A stretch of 64,000 nucleotides of DNA from Akkermansia sp. (lineage in GTDB: Bacteria; Verrucomicrobiota; Verrucomicrobiia; Verrucomicrobiales; Akkermansiaceae), in contig JAUNRC010000001.1 in the NCBI GenBank assembly GCA_030535875.1, positions 23,786-87,785 of the forward strand, in the 5' to 3' direction. Positions 63,088 through 64,000 of this stretch are shown piece by piece. Each line of letters starts with the position of its first letter. Within the stretch, counting starts at the first letter, position 1. Below the pieces are notes generated by a model that did no database searches, was not told where the DNA came from, and saw only the letters and a program-made list of their open reading frames with translations. The translations under genes and the position numbers were made by a program.

Positions 63088-63366
63088 TTACTTGGCGCGA
63101 TAGTACTGATAATGTACGCGCTCGTCAATGGCCAGAGCCTCGCGAACGGTGCGGATAACGGTCGGCTCAGCCTCGAAGGCGAAGAGCATGTACTGACCAT
63201 GAGTCAGGTGCTGAGACTCATAAGCGAACTCGCGGCGACCCACGTTGGTAACCTCCGTAACCTTGGCGCCGGCGGCCTCGAGCTGAGCCTTCATAGCGGC
63301 GGTCAGCTCATCGAGGGTGGCGGAGCCCTTCATGTTAAGAACGATCAGTGCTTCGTACTTTCTCAT
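63088..63366 (-). CDS. rpsF: 30S ribosomal protein S6
   Basis: MRKYEALIVL...GRREFAY...GQY. Confidence 0.9.
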   Translation of the reverse strand: MRKYEALIVLNMKGSATLDELTAAMKAQLEAAGAKVTEVTNVGRREFAYESQHLTHGQYMLFAFEAEPTVIRTVREALAIDERVHYQYYRAK

Positions 63367-63485
63367 AACTTGTATTTTAGTAAGATGTCTTGCTTTCGCA
63401 AAAAGCGTCGGCAAAGAATGCACCTTTTCAAGACAAAATGCAAGCCTAAAGTGCGTTTTACCTGATTTTTTTTGCTTTTAAGGGC

Positions 63486-64000
63486 TTAAATGAGCTTCAG
63501 ACGCACCAAATCCTGCGTATCGATAAGTCCAACGGGCTTGTGATCGGCATCCAGCACAACCAAATCATCGATACGACGGTCACGCAGGGTCTTCACCGCG
63601 GTAATGGCGAGCTTATCGGCCTCCACGAATACGGGATTCTTCGTCATGAGCGCAGCTACGGGCTGAGCACCGCAAGCGGCATCCGCCTGATAAGCGCGAG
63701 CAAAGTCACCATGAGTGAACACACCGGCAAGAGTACCATCCTCGTGCGTGAGCACGCAGGCGCCTGCACGAGCGCTCGTCATAGCGATAATGCAGTCGGC
63801 AACCGTAGCGTTCTCGGGCTGCGTAGCAAACTCCTTGCGCATGATATCAGAGATGCGCATCAGCAGAGCGCGACCGAGAGAACCACCGGGGTGACTGCGG
63901 GCGAAGTCCTCCTTGGTGAAGTTGCGAGCCTCCAGAAGAGCCATAGCGAGAGCATCGCCCATCACCAACATAGCAGTCGAAGATGAAGTGGGAGCCAAGT
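63486..64000 (-). CDS. kdsD: KpsF/GutQ arabinose-5-phosphate isomerase (partial; SIS end + CBS pair)
   Basis: APTSSSTAMLVMGDALA, DFARSHPGGSLG, two CBS domains. Confidence 0.92.
   Translation of the reverse strand, partial: LAPTSSSTAMLVMGDALAMALLEARNFTKEDFARSHPGGSLGRALLMRISDIMRKEFATQPENATVADCIIAMTSARAGACVLTHEDGTLAGVFTHGDFARAYQADAACGAQPVAALMTKNPVFVEADKLAITAVKTLRDRRIDDLVVLDADHKPVGLIDTQDLVRLKLI

Overview
GC-rich bacterial chromosomal window, densely coding and mostly housekeeping. The gene repertoire and style suggest a verrucomicrobial, Akkermansia-like gut bacterium (inference): short AtpH, a MoxR-DUF58-BatA-vWA-DUF4159 operon, a GFTLIELL prepilin, few Shine-Dalgarno sites and many leaderless-looking starts. 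It contains tRNA-Gly(GCC), a complete atpBEFHAGDC operon, trpS, queG, surA, cysK, thiE/thiM, serA, rpoN, a Zn/Mn ABC transporter, DAHP synthase, phosphomutase, rpsF, a cobalamin riboswitch-btuB locus and one complete IS with a 4-bp target duplication. Most notable: (1) an intact, solitary phage major-capsid gene with a structured 5' leader and its own terminator but no other phage genes; (2) a solitary tyrosine recombinase next to an AT-rich segment bounded by 14-bp inverted repeats, upstream of rpoN; (3) an M16 peptidase fused to a His/Cys clan-CD-like domain; (4) an unknown structured leader plus terminator ahead of a small Zn-finger protein / S9 peptidase / His-rich peptide cluster; (5) an internally deleted metY; (6) an Old Yellow Enzyme lacking its catalytic His/His/Tyr. 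No CRISPR array or rRNA was seen. All family calls come from motif recognition; no database searches were run.
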